Notes under the pieces: generated by a model
What the model saw: only the letters and a program-made list of their open reading frames with translations
Told to the model about the DNA's origin: nothing
The model's database searches: none
Part shown: positions 44,784 through 55,705 of the stretch, one piece after another
How positions within the stretch are numbered: position 1 is the stretch's first letter
Layout: each line of letters opens with the position of its first letter
Made by a program: the position numbers and the translations under genes
Virus record (IMG/VR): IMGVR_UViG_3300046546_000013
DNA length: 64,000 nt
Reading direction: 5' to 3' (one strand)
Source: an uncultured virus (IMG/VR IMGVR_UViG_3300046546_000013)
Lineage: Duplodnaviria > Heunggongvirae > Uroviricota > Caudoviricetes

Positions 44784-47351
44784 TTATCCGATATAGTAAC
44801 TTATCCCAGAAATTGAACAGTACGTTTGACCTGTAGTTTCAGGATTATAAAAGAAATTGCCCGCCCCAGATATTGCTAAGCGACCTCCCGCATTTTGATT
44901 TGATGCGCCATAACCAAACTCTGTTTTGTCTGGTCTAATTGCAACCGGAATTCCTCCAGCTCCAAAAGGTTGCTGATTACCTGATGGAATCGTTCCACTG
45001 GTTGGAGCGAATTGTCCTCTAAACCTTATTAAATATGAGCCATCTAGTTGAGGAAACATTCGATACTGACACGGATTATTTTCCGCTGTTGTCCATCCAG
45101 AGGCATAAGGCAGGTTTACCCAACTTGTTGAATTCAATGCAGAAGCCGGAAGATAGCCCCCTACTCCACTCTCGACCATATATAGCTTTCCTTGCCCTAA
45201 TCGTGTAGTTCTTGCAGGAGCAGTCGATCCCGCTTTATAACTATCTTCAAAACCGAGCTGGCGATCAACCTTAGTGGTCCATGACGATCCGTCGCTTCCC
45301 GTTCTTGAGATAACGACATTTCCATCTTTCATCGTCGTAGTGCCTGTGTAAGTTACTCCTGATTCCGTATAAGTAAATGCATTAATAAACTCGGACCCAT
45401 TAATGACGACACCCGTAATAGTTCCTGCGTCTACCTCTCCTAATTTTGATGTGAGAGCTGAAAGCTTTTCTACATTTAATTTATCCGTGGTAATACTGGA
45501 TGCTGCAATTCTCGCTGCAGCAAGATAACCTGTGTTGATTTTTGCTGCATCTAGACTGGCTATCTTGGCATTATTGACGGCCAAGTCAGCAATTTTTGCT
45601 GTAGTAACTGCTAGATTTCCAATTTTCCCTTCAGTCACAGCGAGGTTCGCTATTTTACCGTTAGAAACTGCTAGGTCAGCTATGTGAGCTGTTTTTATGA
45701 TGGCATCTGAAATATTCGATTTTCCTGTCAGATAAATATTCTCAGAAGAAATAGTAACTATCTGGTTTTGCATATCAATCTGAGTTACGCCGCCATCAGT
45801 TGAAGTTAGCTTGAAATTCATCTGGTCTGACAGCTGGGTAATTTGAGATATGGTCGCCATATCTTCAGGAGCAGGCGCCCAGTCAGTTGGCATTGTCCCT
45901 TCAATAAGCATAGGTGAATTTATCCAAAGGCTACCAGCACTAAATATCCTTCCTAAAAGAATCTCTTTACTTGCACTCGCACCTTGTTGAGTCCATGTTA
46001 TCCAATATCTCTTCCATGAAGTCGTGGCAGCTAAAACATTATTGCCATCCGATCCAGTGCCGTTTTTACCATCACTATTCACGACACTTGTAGTTGTACC
46101 AGTTCCGTAAAAGTAATTGTTGAAATTAATGTTGCGATCTGCTTTAGCCCAGAAAGTAACAGTGAACTTTCCATCTCTTGGTATAGATGCTGTTTTTTGA
46201 CGAAAAGTATCTACATAATTACTAGAAAAGGTACCTTTCAAAGTAGCATTTCCATTATAGGAATTATTAGCGTCAAGGCTTCCAGATAATCTATCTGCTA
46301 AAGTAGCAGTTTTAGTAAGCAAATTTCTGGTAGCAGTGCTTAGGTTGTTGATATCAGATTGGATATTAGTAACTGTTGTGGTTAGCCCATTTGCCGTTGC
46401 TTCAACTTGTGTAGCTTTAGTTAAAGCAGTATTTGCAGTTGTCTCAATGCTTGAAATAGTTGTTTTCAAACCATTCGCTGTTGTCTCAACTTGAGTTGCT
46501 TTAGTAAGTGCTGAATCAGCTGTTGTTTTTGTTGTTGCAATTAATTGGGTGTGACCATCTACAGTGCTTGAAACAGTATTGACTTTGCTTAACGCACTAT
46601 TTGCAGTAGTTTCTACGCTAGTTAGAGTCTGTGTAACTCCGTCAACAGTAGTCTCCAATACATTTGCTTTATTCAATGCACTGTCCGCAGTGGTTGTCAC
46701 TGTTGCTAAAGTTTGCTTTTGGCCATCAACTGTGACGACTAATTCATTCAGTTTTTTAGTGGTACTTGTTGATGTCGTCTCAATATCTGTCATACGCCCA
46801 GTTAGACCAGTAACTGAGGTTTCTAGCGTTGCTGTTCTTCCTTCCACAGCGGCTGCTTTCTCATAAGCTTCGTTAGCCTTACTACTGATAGCTGTAACTG
46901 TTCCATTGATAGTAGCTACATCAGAAACAAGCCCATTTACATCAATCTGGATCGCATCTGCTTTTGCTTTAGCTGTTTGAGCATCTAAACTAGCTTGCGT
47001 AGCTAAGTTTGCAGCATTTTCTCCTGCTAGCTTCGCCTCACTTGCTGCCGATTGAGCTGCTTCACCTGCAGCTTGTGCATCTTTCCCAGCCTTTTCAGCT
47101 GCCTCTGCTTTTTCGATAGCAGCTGCTACCTCTGTTTTTGTATCTTCCAAATCTTGATAAAAGTCCGGATCTAAGACTTCAACAGATAACCGTTCTGGTT
47201 TCCACTCGCCATCTTTGTATATCATGGCTACTGGTGGACTTTTAGACGTATCTGTCCATCGTTGACCCTCGACAGGATTAGCAGGTGCAGTTACCATTTC
47301 TTCGCTATCTAGGTAGTTGGTAATCTGCTTGCTAACCTCAATAATTGCCAT
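44784..47351 (-). CDS. Tail fibre/receptor-binding protein
   Basis: Coiled coil, 25-aa Thr-rich repeats, AVxxxKIAxL repeats, beta-rich C-terminus. Confidence 0.8.
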   Translation of the reverse strand: MAIIEVSKQITNYLDSEEMVTAPANPVEGQRWTDTSKSPPVAMIYKDGEWKPERLSVEVLDPDFYQDLEDTKTEVAAAIEKAEAAEKAGKDAQAAGEAAQSAASEAKLAGENAANLATQASLDAQTAKAKADAIQIDVNGLVSDVATINGTVTAISSKANEAYEKAAAVEGRTATLETSVTGLTGRMTDIETTSTSTTKKLNELVVTVDGQKQTLATVTTTADSALNKANVLETTVDGVTQTLTSVETTANSALSKVNTVSSTVDGHTQLIATTKTTADSALTKATQVETTANGLKTTISSIETTANTALTKATQVEATANGLTTTVTNIQSDINNLSTATRNLLTKTATLADRLSGSLDANNSYNGNATLKGTFSSNYVDTFRQKTASIPRDGKFTVTFWAKADRNINFNNYFYGTGTTTSVVNSDGKNGTGSDGNNVLAATTSWKRYWITWTQQGASASKEILLGRIFSAGSLWINSPMLIEGTMPTDWAPAPEDMATISQITQLSDQMNFKLTSTDGGVTQIDMQNQIVTISSENIYLTGKSNISDAIIKTAHIADLAVSNGKIANLAVTEGKIGNLAVTTAKIADLAVNNAKIASLDAAKINTGYLAAARIAASSITTDKLNVEKLSALTSKLGEVDAGTITGVVINGSEFINAFTYTESGVTYTGTTTMKDGNVVISRTGSDGSSWTTKVDRQLGFEDSYKAGSTAPARTTRLGQGKLYMVESGVGGYLPASALNSTSWVNLPYASGWTTAENNPCQYRMFPQLDGSYLIRFRGQFAPTSGTIPSGNQQPFGAGGIPVAIRPDKTEFGYGASNQNAGGRLAISGAGNFFYNPETTGQTYCSISGISYYIG

Positions 47352-47366
47352 AAAGATTCCCCCTTT

Positions 47367-49907
47367 CTAGTAGTCAAAGCTGCGGTCGCTACCTGCTCCG
47401 TACCGCACGATATCTACATGCTTTTTCTTTGTGTCCAAAACAAAAACGTCCCACAAGTCTTCTTCTAGTTCTCCTAAAGGCCGATCTCTTTGATCTTTCT
47501 TTGGGCGACTGACAGAACAACTTGTTGAAACGTTTGTAATCCCATATTTAGTTGTGATTCGATCTGTGTGATGATGTCCATGAGCAAGAAAAGCAATGTT
47601 TTTTGGCGTGTCGAATGTAATTGAAATATCACTAGCGAAATCAGCGTTCCCTGTGTATTTGCGTGTAAAACTTGATCCTTCTTTTGCCGCCTTTAAAATA
47701 CCTTCTACAGATTCCCAGTTATAAGGATAATAGGCACTATTCGTTGCGTACCATTGCCCCCATTGATGATGCTGAAAACAGACTGCAGTGTAATCATCAG
47801 GCATACTTTTAAGATTTTCCGCAAACCATTTCAGTTGTGCTTGTCGATAACCAGCAACATTAATCGTCAAGTATTTCACTAACCCATCCGTGTCAAAAAC
47901 ATATGGAATATCATTTGTGTTTAGTAAAAACACACGCACTTTTTTATCCGGAATGTCATAATAAAAATACATATTTTTATCATTAGGATTTTCATTGATT
48001 GCCCATATAGTTGAAGGTCGTGTGATGATTTCATACATTTCACTTGGCTTAATTGTGTAGCTCATGTTTCCGTGCCATGACTTACTAGTAGGATCGCTGG
48101 CCATATAGTTTTGATTGACTTTATTTCTAGCAGTAGTTCCTCGACCTTGCCGACCATCTCCCCACGAGTTATCATCATGATTCCCTTTCGCTAAGAAAAA
48201 TGGGCAGCTTGCCAATCCAAACAGACTAACAACCTTCTTCATATTTGAGACGTTTGTGTCTTTAGTAGTACCACCATCAACAAAGTCGCCGCCTCCGACA
48301 ATACAGTCTAAAGGAATCATATGAGACAATTCTGCAACATTTTTGATATGATTTTCCGTACGTCCATAATTCTCAAGATCCTCTTGAATGAAGGTATCTG
48401 TAGCATAATGGGTATCTGTGATAAAAGGAATCGTGACAGTATTTTCATTTTGTAGTCGCATGATCTTGCTCGCTGTTTTCTTCAGTCCGTTCCAGAAATA
48501 TATGGCTTGGACAAATTTATTTTCCGCATACATGACCTGGCATGAGATTTGGTTATCACGCCTTACATCATCTAAGTGAACAGATACTTTGTTACCAGCA
48601 TCCTTATTGGCTTCTATCCACTCTGTTTTCAGGTTCCCGTCTTTGTCGGTCAGCTTCCAATAAAACTGGTAGTTTTCCAGATTGGCGGTAATGTCGGCAT
48701 TGCCTTTATAGACCTTTACCTCGAAGTTTCTCAAGTTACCATCTTCTGTTGCAATCATTTCGGTTGTGATCGTGTCATCGGCTTTTTGGTTGATTTGGTT
48801 CTGCAGCTGCCGCAACTTAGCGCTGATTGCACTTTGTAATTCGATCACATTCCCTATGACAAGCCCATTATTCGATGGATTTGTCCGACTGATGTCTTTC
48901 TGGAGGATCCTAGCGCTAATTCTCAGTGCTGGGTTGTACTCTTCATCGATAATCGTCACACGATCGCCCACCATGAAGTCCGTATTGCTAAAAATGGCTT
49001 CAACAGTATACGTAGCCTCTGGCTGATTAACTTTCTTTAATTCAGCTAAACCTTCTGCAAACATTTGAGACGGATCGTCTGATTGCGATTGGTAGTTGCC
49101 ATATACCCAACCAGAATCGCGAGTATCAGTCGTATGGCCTCTACCCCATAAGGCATTGGCTTCACGGTCGTAGATAATTGATTCGCCTATACGGGTGAAG
49201 TAGTTTCCGTCGTTGTAGACCAAATTGTTAAAATTGCTTCCACCTGTTACGATCAAAGCAGTTTTCAGATTGTTGGTATTCACATGCTTCGTAGCCACCA
49301 TTAAATCGGTACCTGCACGCAGAACAACTTCTGTATCCACGCCGATCCTGTAAACAATGTTAATGAGTTTAGAAATCACAGCGAGATTTTGAAATTTGAC
49401 TGTAAAGTACATCTCACAACCATACTCGCTACAAATTTTTTGTAATCTAGCAAGTGTTGTTTCATTATTTGAAAAGTCTATTTTCCGTTTTAACCCTTGA
49501 ACTTCATTTAAACCAATCTCCCAACCACTATCGTATATTTCTCGGTTCACGTAGTATTCAATTGGTTGAGAGAATGAGGATGCAAAAGTATTAGGAGATT
49601 CATTGATTAACTGCATTCCTAAATCCTCATAATGACAAACTCGTTCGTATCTATTTGAGTCTTTGACATCGGTTAATTCAAGGCAGATGTTATTCCCATT
49701 TTCATCCTGAAAAGCGATATAAGTACCCGCTTGAATATAAGCAGCGTCTGGATGAACTTTGCTGATCGTAACATCCAATATATTTAGTAGTGTTGAATTT
49801 GAAATCCCAAAAGAATGTTTGTCCTCATTCATGATCACAGATTCTTTCGATTCGCTATTTATAACACAAATTGATTCATACTGACGGTTTAAAATATGGT
49901 AGATCAT
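47367..49907 (-). CDS. Tail-associated (Tal/spike) protein fused to a calcineurin-like metallophosphoesterase
   Basis: Follows Dit; C-terminal DTH, GDFVD, GNHD, HH and GHHH motifs. Confidence 0.8.
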   Translation of the reverse strand: MIYHILNRQYESICVINSESKESVIMNEDKHSFGISNSTLLNILDVTISKVHPDAAYIQAGTYIAFQDENGNNICLELTDVKDSNRYERVCHYEDLGMQLINESPNTFASSFSQPIEYYVNREIYDSGWEIGLNEVQGLKRKIDFSNNETTLARLQKICSEYGCEMYFTVKFQNLAVISKLINIVYRIGVDTEVVLRAGTDLMVATKHVNTNNLKTALIVTGGSNFNNLVYNDGNYFTRIGESIIYDREANALWGRGHTTDTRDSGWVYGNYQSQSDDPSQMFAEGLAELKKVNQPEATYTVEAIFSNTDFMVGDRVTIIDEEYNPALRISARILQKDISRTNPSNNGLVIGNVIELQSAISAKLRQLQNQINQKADDTITTEMIATEDGNLRNFEVKVYKGNADITANLENYQFYWKLTDKDGNLKTEWIEANKDAGNKVSVHLDDVRRDNQISCQVMYAENKFVQAIYFWNGLKKTASKIMRLQNENTVTIPFITDTHYATDTFIQEDLENYGRTENHIKNVAELSHMIPLDCIVGGGDFVDGGTTKDTNVSNMKKVVSLFGLASCPFFLAKGNHDDNSWGDGRQGRGTTARNKVNQNYMASDPTSKSWHGNMSYTIKPSEMYEIITRPSTIWAINENPNDKNMYFYYDIPDKKVRVFLLNTNDIPYVFDTDGLVKYLTINVAGYRQAQLKWFAENLKSMPDDYTAVCFQHHQWGQWYATNSAYYPYNWESVEGILKAAKEGSSFTRKYTGNADFASDISITFDTPKNIAFLAHGHHHTDRITTKYGITNVSTSCSVSRPKKDQRDRPLGELEEDLWDVFVLDTKKKHVDIVRYGAGSDRSFDY

Positions 49908-51382
49908 AGATACAACTCCTCAATAGTAGCGGTGACGACTGGTGATTGATCCCCCTCATAAGAAAAAAAGATCTCGTTATATCCAACCTCTGCTTGTATA
50001 TAGTCGGTACCTATCACCGAGAAGCCGTTTGCAACTATGCCATTCAATAGTAGTCTTCCCGACTCTTCTATAATAAGTTGATCACCTGCATTAAAAGTTT
50101 TGGGTATTAAGCTATTGTTGCGTGTTGCATATCGTGTAACCCTTAAATGAGTAATTGACTGATACATAGGTTGTTTGTCTCGCCAATTCAGCATTGCCAT
50201 ATCGATTCTTGCAGGCATTAACATTGCAACTTCTTCATTGGTCCAATTATGAGTAGCTTTCCACGATTCTGTAAAACCACCTTTTGGATTACTGACTAAT
50301 CTTGCTAAGTAAAAATCGAAGTTGTTACCAACTTTTTTTATTCGAATCATTCCGAAAAAGCCCCCTCCATTATTCAATACGGATGAGGGTAACGTACCTG
50401 TTTTTATTTCAGCTTCCCCAGCATAAAATTTGTATTCAACCCTGTATTTGGAATCAGTGTTATCTTTCATTTCGAATCCACAAACAAAATTATTATCTTC
50501 ATCAACAAAATTTATCTCGATAATACCTTGTTTCTTGGCCTTGTCTTTCGTGGCACCGTTCGGCTTGAAATTGAAGCGTACATACACCTCGCCATCTGAA
50601 AAAGGATCAAAAAACCTAGTTAATGTCGGACCATGCCAGAAAGCATCATCTTTTCCAGATGGTCCATAAGAATCAACAGTAATAGCATCGGTTTCATATT
50701 TCAACGATCCTTGAATTTTTGAAGAGTTTTCTCCAGAATCATTACGCCAGCGAATTTTACCAACGTTCCTTGAATACTGTCCGCTAGTGGATGATTTCAT
50801 TGGATCATCGAACAAAACTGTGTTTGATAAGTCTTCATCAATGTCTTCAGTACCTGAGTGGCCAAATTCCATGATCTTGTCTTCTGTAACCAGACCGAAT
50901 GACTCGCAGTCACTAGGAAAATCAACAACCCACCTAATCGGTGTCTTATATGACCCTTGATTATTAATAGTCACTAACCCATCTGACATAGTATAAATCT
51001 TTGGATTAATAGCATGGGCCACACCGTCAGGAATTAACCATTCAATAGTACCCTTACCCAAAAAATTAATTTCATCTAGGTTTACGTAATTGTTTGGAAT
51101 GGCCAAGTAATACTTGTCAGGTTCATCACTAAAGATTAATTTTTGCGGTGTTAAACTGCTTAGAGCAGCCGCAAGTTCTCGGCGCTTTTTGTTTAAATCG
51201 TACCTAAGTATGAATGGCATTGAAATTACCTTTTCATCAAACTTAGAACGGACGAACATCTTGCCCAATCCGTTCACATCTTCTAGATAATTAGAACGAG
51301 GTAACCCAATGCCACGATCGAATTTTGATGTAACACCCAAAATATCCGAAAGTTTAAAATCACCATATGTCACTTCTAGCAC
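49904..51382 (-). CDS. Distal tail protein (Dit, with insertion)
   Basis: KLIFSDEPDKYYLA..G.GTIEW..PDG motif; follows the tape measure. Confidence 0.85.
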   Translation of the reverse strand: MLEVTYGDFKLSDILGVTSKFDRGIGLPRSNYLEDVNGLGKMFVRSKFDEKVISMPFILRYDLNKKRRELAAALSSLTPQKLIFSDEPDKYYLAIPNNYVNLDEINFLGKGTIEWLIPDGVAHAINPKIYTMSDGLVTINNQGSYKTPIRWVVDFPSDCESFGLVTEDKIMEFGHSGTEDIDEDLSNTVLFDDPMKSSTSGQYSRNVGKIRWRNDSGENSSKIQGSLKYETDAITVDSYGPSGKDDAFWHGPTLTRFFDPFSDGEVYVRFNFKPNGATKDKAKKQGIIEINFVDEDNNFVCGFEMKDNTDSKYRVEYKFYAGEAEIKTGTLPSSVLNNGGGFFGMIRIKKVGNNFDFYLARLVSNPKGGFTESWKATHNWTNEEVAMLMPARIDMAMLNWRDKQPMYQSITHLRVTRYATRNNSLIPKTFNAGDQLIIEESGRLLLNGIVANGFSVIGTDYIQAEVGYNEIFFSYEGDQSPVVTATIEELYL

Positions 51383-54300
51383 TGTTTGTCCCTCCTCTTA
51401 ATCGATCTTCGAATTGCTGCATTTGTTTAATCTCTTCATAAGTCATTCTGGCTGTTTTCTTCACAATGGTCTCGCCGTCAATTTGAACATACATCGGAAT
51501 TTGGAACACTGTGCCATCCGAAATACTTGATCCTGATACAAGTCCTTTGCCTTTGTATAACTCGGCAGCTCTATTGGATGCATCGGAATATTTGCCGACT
51601 CCAGACACTGATTCTGGCGAAAGTACTCCATTCATCAAAGCGTTCATCGCTGGTATTTCAGTTGGAATTGATTTGATTAAATCGTTAAAATAGTTTGAAT
51701 CAAATTCAGATTCGATTCCTTCTTGCAATTCGTTTGCCCATGTTGCGACATTCGATTTTACTTCTGAGAATCCATTCAACAATCCTTCTCTAAGCCCTGA
51801 TACCAAAGCCAGCCCATTTTCTATTAATACTTTTTTATCGTATGGAATCGGTCCTTTTAAACTTGCGATTGTATCTGCCCAACCCGAAACCGTCCTTTTA
51901 ACATTTTCAAAGCCTGACATAAGCCCACTTAACAAACCGTCAACTAGCGCAATACCATTATTGATAAGTGCTCCACCAGGCAAGGCTCCTATCAATGCAT
52001 TAAGTAGATTTGCCCCTGCATCGCTCATGGCTCCTTGATTTCCTCGTATATTATCAGCTAGACCATTAACTAAAGTTATTCCCGCTTGAAACAATCTATC
52101 TTGTGCCCTAAGAATTCCAGCAACAGTTTGATCTACGAGATTCATACCTGCTTCAATAATACGTCCGATATTATTTGCAATCCCGTTGATAACCGCAACG
52201 ACTATACTGACACCGGCGGTTATTACCCTTCCTAAGTTAGCTGAGATTCCGCCAAGGAACTGAACAACTAAATTTATTGCTGCAGCTACAATACTTGGCA
52301 TCATAGTAGCTAACCCATTAATGAAATTAACTATTAAGGTGGCACCAGCAATGACTATTTGCGGTAGTTGAGACGAGAGTGCGGTTAAAAAGGCTACTAT
52401 CATTTGCCCAACAGCAATTATCAGATCGGGTAATTTTTGGGTTATCCCTTGTATCACTGCGACCAATAAAGACATACCCGCAGTTATAATTTCTGGTAAG
52501 TGCGATGTAAGAGAAGTCAGCCAAGTAACGATTAAAGTTGCTGCAGACTCGATCAACGCTGGCAGTTGCTGTGTAATTCCTTCTAACAGCGCTAATATCA
52601 GCGATCCGCCGGCAACAATAATTTGAGGCAGTCCTGCTGTTAAAGCTGCTAATAAAGCCACAATGATTGCTGTTGCTGATAAAGCAATTTGCGGTACTAG
52701 AATAAGCATAGCTGCTGTGAAAGCTATAATTAGTTGACTGGCAGACATTGCTAATGAAGGTAAGCCTTGTGCGATTCCAGATACAATAGCAGCTACTATT
52801 TGCAATCCTCCTGAGATAATACCAGGTAATGCACTTGCAATAGCCGTGAGAATGCCCTCAATTGCCTTTCCAGCAGAACTTCCTACTTTCGGTCCGTTGC
52901 TTTGTAACCCAGATGCAAGCGAATCAAAGGCATCGATAATTTTATCTATCCCTTTTGATACGTCCCCGCCTCCTAGAGCCTTTGCAATCAATTCAAACGC
53001 TTTGATGAACAATCCTATAGGTCCAAGTAATCCAAGAAAAACTGACTGCAATATTTTTAGAGCAATTCCAAATGGATCTATTGATTTTTCACCGCTTTTG
53101 AATCCGTTAATCAATGAGCGAATTCCTAAAGCGATTTTGGTCATTCCGTTCCATAAGCTTTCAGGAAACACCTCTAAAAAATCTGCTTTTAAATTGGTTA
53201 CACTTACCGAGAAATCATCAAGCGCTATTGCTTTAAAAGCTTTCGCCAGAGTTGAAATCCCTTGTACTATTCCTTTAGTACTTTGTGCGAACTGTGTCAT
53301 ACCGTTCCACAGAGATTCAGGGAATAGTTTGACGAACTGATCATGTAAATCAGAAAGACTTACACTGAAGTCGTTGAAAACAATGGCTTTAAAAGCTTGT
53401 GCCAGCAACTTAATGCCTTCAATAACATCTCCAACAGGAGCCATAAAAGATTGTAAGGTCTTAACCGCCCCATTAACCTTTTCTCTAAAGGTATCACTTG
53501 TGTTGTAAAAATAGATAAATGCAGTTACCAATGCACCTATAGCTAGAACAACTAGTGAAACTGGACTTGTTAGAGCCATAAAGCCGGCTTTGACCCCTGA
53601 CATGATTGCTTTCAATTTCGCAAAATTGTTTGCTGCGAGATATGCTGCTCCTAATGCTGCAGCTAAAGTAGTTACTGCACCTACAACAACATATACAAGC
53701 GCAGGATTTTCTCTAAACACTTCTGCTAGCTTTGCCATTGCTCCACTAATTTTTTGAACAATTGCAAGAAATGGATCAAGCAACGGGGCACCAAAAGCTG
53801 CCCCTAAATCCGTGATGGCTTGTTTCATGTTTCCGATAACGTTCTCAAGACCACCGCCTTCACGTGCAGCTTGTCCTAATGCACCTGATAACTTGTTACC
53901 ATCCTCAACCATTTGTAAAAGTGTCAACTGCTTCTGGGCTTCGGATAAGTCGTTAAAAGATTTGCCGTAAAGCTTATTTGCAGCTGCATTTCGAGTGGTT
54001 TCAGTGGATGAAATCCCAAGTGCTGCATCGTTTTCGTAGTTTCCTTTTAAATACGACTGTAAGCTCTCGGAGACTTCGCCAATTGATTTATCGTAAAAAG
54101 CAGCGCTGTCGGCAGCCGCTTTAGTTGCTCGACTAGTTAAGTCTAATGCGTCAGCTGTATCCATACCGGTCGTTTTTGCAAATGCAGCCATAGAAGTGAA
54201 GGCTGGTTTCAAGCGATTAGGCAGGATATTGGTTTCTTTCGAGATTGAATCAATGCTACTTTGAGCGTTCTTCTCTAAATTGCCGAACACTTGAGAAAAT

Positions 54301-54551
54301 TGAGCATCCATTGCTTGCATGTCGGCTGCAGCTTTTATTGAAAAACCAGCAACTGCAGTTCCTACTGCCAAAATACTCAAACTAGCTTTTTTTGCAAACT
54401 CTGTGGACTGTTCAGACAGTGAGTTGAAGGCTTTAGATTTGCCGATTTTATTATCCAATTGTTGTGCAGCTTCATTACCAAAAGCCTGGTACTGTTTCCT
54501 TGCATTATCGGTATTAAATTCGACTTCAATAATTACGGAACCATCATTCAT
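51360..54551 (-). CDS. Tape measure protein
   Basis: 1063 aa with amphipathic repeats; position. Confidence 0.88.
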   Translation of the reverse strand: MNDGSVIIEVEFNTDNARKQYQAFGNEAAQQLDNKIGKSKAFNSLSEQSTEFAKKASLSILAVGTAVAGFSIKAAADMQAMDAQFSQVFGNLEKNAQSSIDSISKETNILPNRLKPAFTSMAAFAKTTGMDTADALDLTSRATKAAADSAAFYDKSIGEVSESLQSYLKGNYENDAALGISSTETTRNAAANKLYGKSFNDLSEAQKQLTLLQMVEDGNKLSGALGQAAREGGGLENVIGNMKQAITDLGAAFGAPLLDPFLAIVQKISGAMAKLAEVFRENPALVYVVVGAVTTLAAALGAAYLAANNFAKLKAIMSGVKAGFMALTSPVSLVVLAIGALVTAFIYFYNTSDTFREKVNGAVKTLQSFMAPVGDVIEGIKLLAQAFKAIVFNDFSVSLSDLHDQFVKLFPESLWNGMTQFAQSTKGIVQGISTLAKAFKAIALDDFSVSVTNLKADFLEVFPESLWNGMTKIALGIRSLINGFKSGEKSIDPFGIALKILQSVFLGLLGPIGLFIKAFELIAKALGGGDVSKGIDKIIDAFDSLASGLQSNGPKVGSSAGKAIEGILTAIASALPGIISGGLQIVAAIVSGIAQGLPSLAMSASQLIIAFTAAMLILVPQIALSATAIIVALLAALTAGLPQIIVAGGSLILALLEGITQQLPALIESAATLIVTWLTSLTSHLPEIITAGMSLLVAVIQGITQKLPDLIIAVGQMIVAFLTALSSQLPQIVIAGATLIVNFINGLATMMPSIVAAAINLVVQFLGGISANLGRVITAGVSIVVAVINGIANNIGRIIEAGMNLVDQTVAGILRAQDRLFQAGITLVNGLADNIRGNQGAMSDAGANLLNALIGALPGGALINNGIALVDGLLSGLMSGFENVKRTVSGWADTIASLKGPIPYDKKVLIENGLALVSGLREGLLNGFSEVKSNVATWANELQEGIESEFDSNYFNDLIKSIPTEIPAMNALMNGVLSPESVSGVGKYSDASNRAAELYKGKGLVSGSSISDGTVFQIPMYVQIDGETIVKKTARMTYEEIKQMQQFEDRLRGGTNSARSDIW

Positions 54552-55239
54552 CCTTCACCTCACCTCTTTCTTCTTGTTTTTTCAACATGTATTCACGTTT
54601 TTGCTTAAGGTCCATCATTTCAAATTCCAAGTTTGCTCGATCTTCTTTCAAAGCCACCGCTAATTTTGCTTTTCTTATTTCTTCAATTTCATCTGGTGTG
54701 GCTTTTTCTGGGTATTCCATCATGCGAATCTTGATGACATTTTTGAACTTGGTATTCTCAGACAAACCAGCCAATAAATGGTTGAACTTATCCCAATGCA
54801 GTGTTCCCTTGCTTCTTTCCACCATCAAATCCATGCCATAATCCATCAAAAAAGAGGAATAGATGTAGCCAGAATCCTGTTCGAATTCATACCACTTCTT
54901 TTCCTCGTCTTCTAAGATATTTCCTTTTAAGTCACGTTTGACTGTTGTGCTTTCGAATTGATCCCCAGCAATCCTTTTGATGATAGCGTTTGATAATGGA
55001 ATTAAATCATCCTGTGGAATAATGTCTGCTAGTTCTTCGATCGTTTCTGGAAGTGCTTCCGCCCAATCATGGGATAAAATTAGGATAATGGAATATAGTA
55101 CTTTTCCTTCTTTAGATAATTCGGGATCTTTCCACATTTCGTACCATCGGAGAACACGAGAAAATTCTAGATTTAATTCATAAGTGTTTTCATTGATTAC
55201 GATCGAATCATCAATACCCCAAGCAAGAGATAATGCCAT
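54544..55239 (-). CDS. Tail assembly protein (A118 Gp15-like)
   Basis: FEQDSGYIYSSF..DY..LHWDKF..L motif. Confidence 0.8.
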   Translation of the reverse strand: MALSLAWGIDDSIVINENTYELNLEFSRVLRWYEMWKDPELSKEGKVLYSIILILSHDWAEALPETIEELADIIPQDDLIPLSNAIIKRIAGDQFESTTVKRDLKGNILEDEEKKWYEFEQDSGYIYSSFLMDYGMDLMVERSKGTLHWDKFNHLLAGLSENTKFKNVIKIRMMEYPEKATPDEIEEIRKAKLAVALKEDRANLEFEMMDLKQKREYMLKKQEERGEVKDE

Positions 55240-55251
55240 AAAGCATCACCT

Positions 55252-55656
55252 CTATTTCTTTTTACCGTCGATATAGGATTGTGCTTTTTGTTTTGTTTGA
55301 AGCTTTTTATACTGGTCAGCAACTTCAAGGAATGCTCCGACAACCAAATCAATTTCATCATCTGCAGCATCCATCAGTTTATCGAACGATCCTTCACCCA
55401 GCACTAAATCAATAACGTCTTTGACAACAGACTCAACTTTATCATTAGCTTCAACGACTGCTCCGTAATCACCTGATTCAGAAGCGGTTTTGATAACCTT
55501 TTCTTGCTTTTGAATAAATTCAAGCATTTTGGGTAATTCTGACAAATACTGATCACGATATTTCTTACCTGTTTTGATTCCGAAATCTAAACCCGCAATT
55601 CTTACTGGTTGAACCTGCTTTTTAAAACCTACTTCGATTAAATTATTTTTTGACAT
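55252..55656 (-). CDS. Tail assembly chaperone
   Basis: LGEGSFDKL motif; position. Confidence 0.7.
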   Translation of the reverse strand: MSKNNLIEVGFKKQVQPVRIAGLDFGIKTGKKYRDQYLSELPKMLEFIQKQEKVIKTASESGDYGAVVEANDKVESVVKDVIDLVLGEGSFDKLMDAADDEIDLVVGAFLEVADQYKKLQTKQKAQSYIDGKKK

Positions 55657-55705
55657 TTATAATTCCTCCTAATTTTTATGTAAAAGAAAAAGGCTAGTAC
55701 AATGA

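Noticed and set aside
45480..46760. DNA repeats in the prophage 2 fibre gene
   Set aside because: Explained by protein-level repeats (10-aa and 25-aa units)
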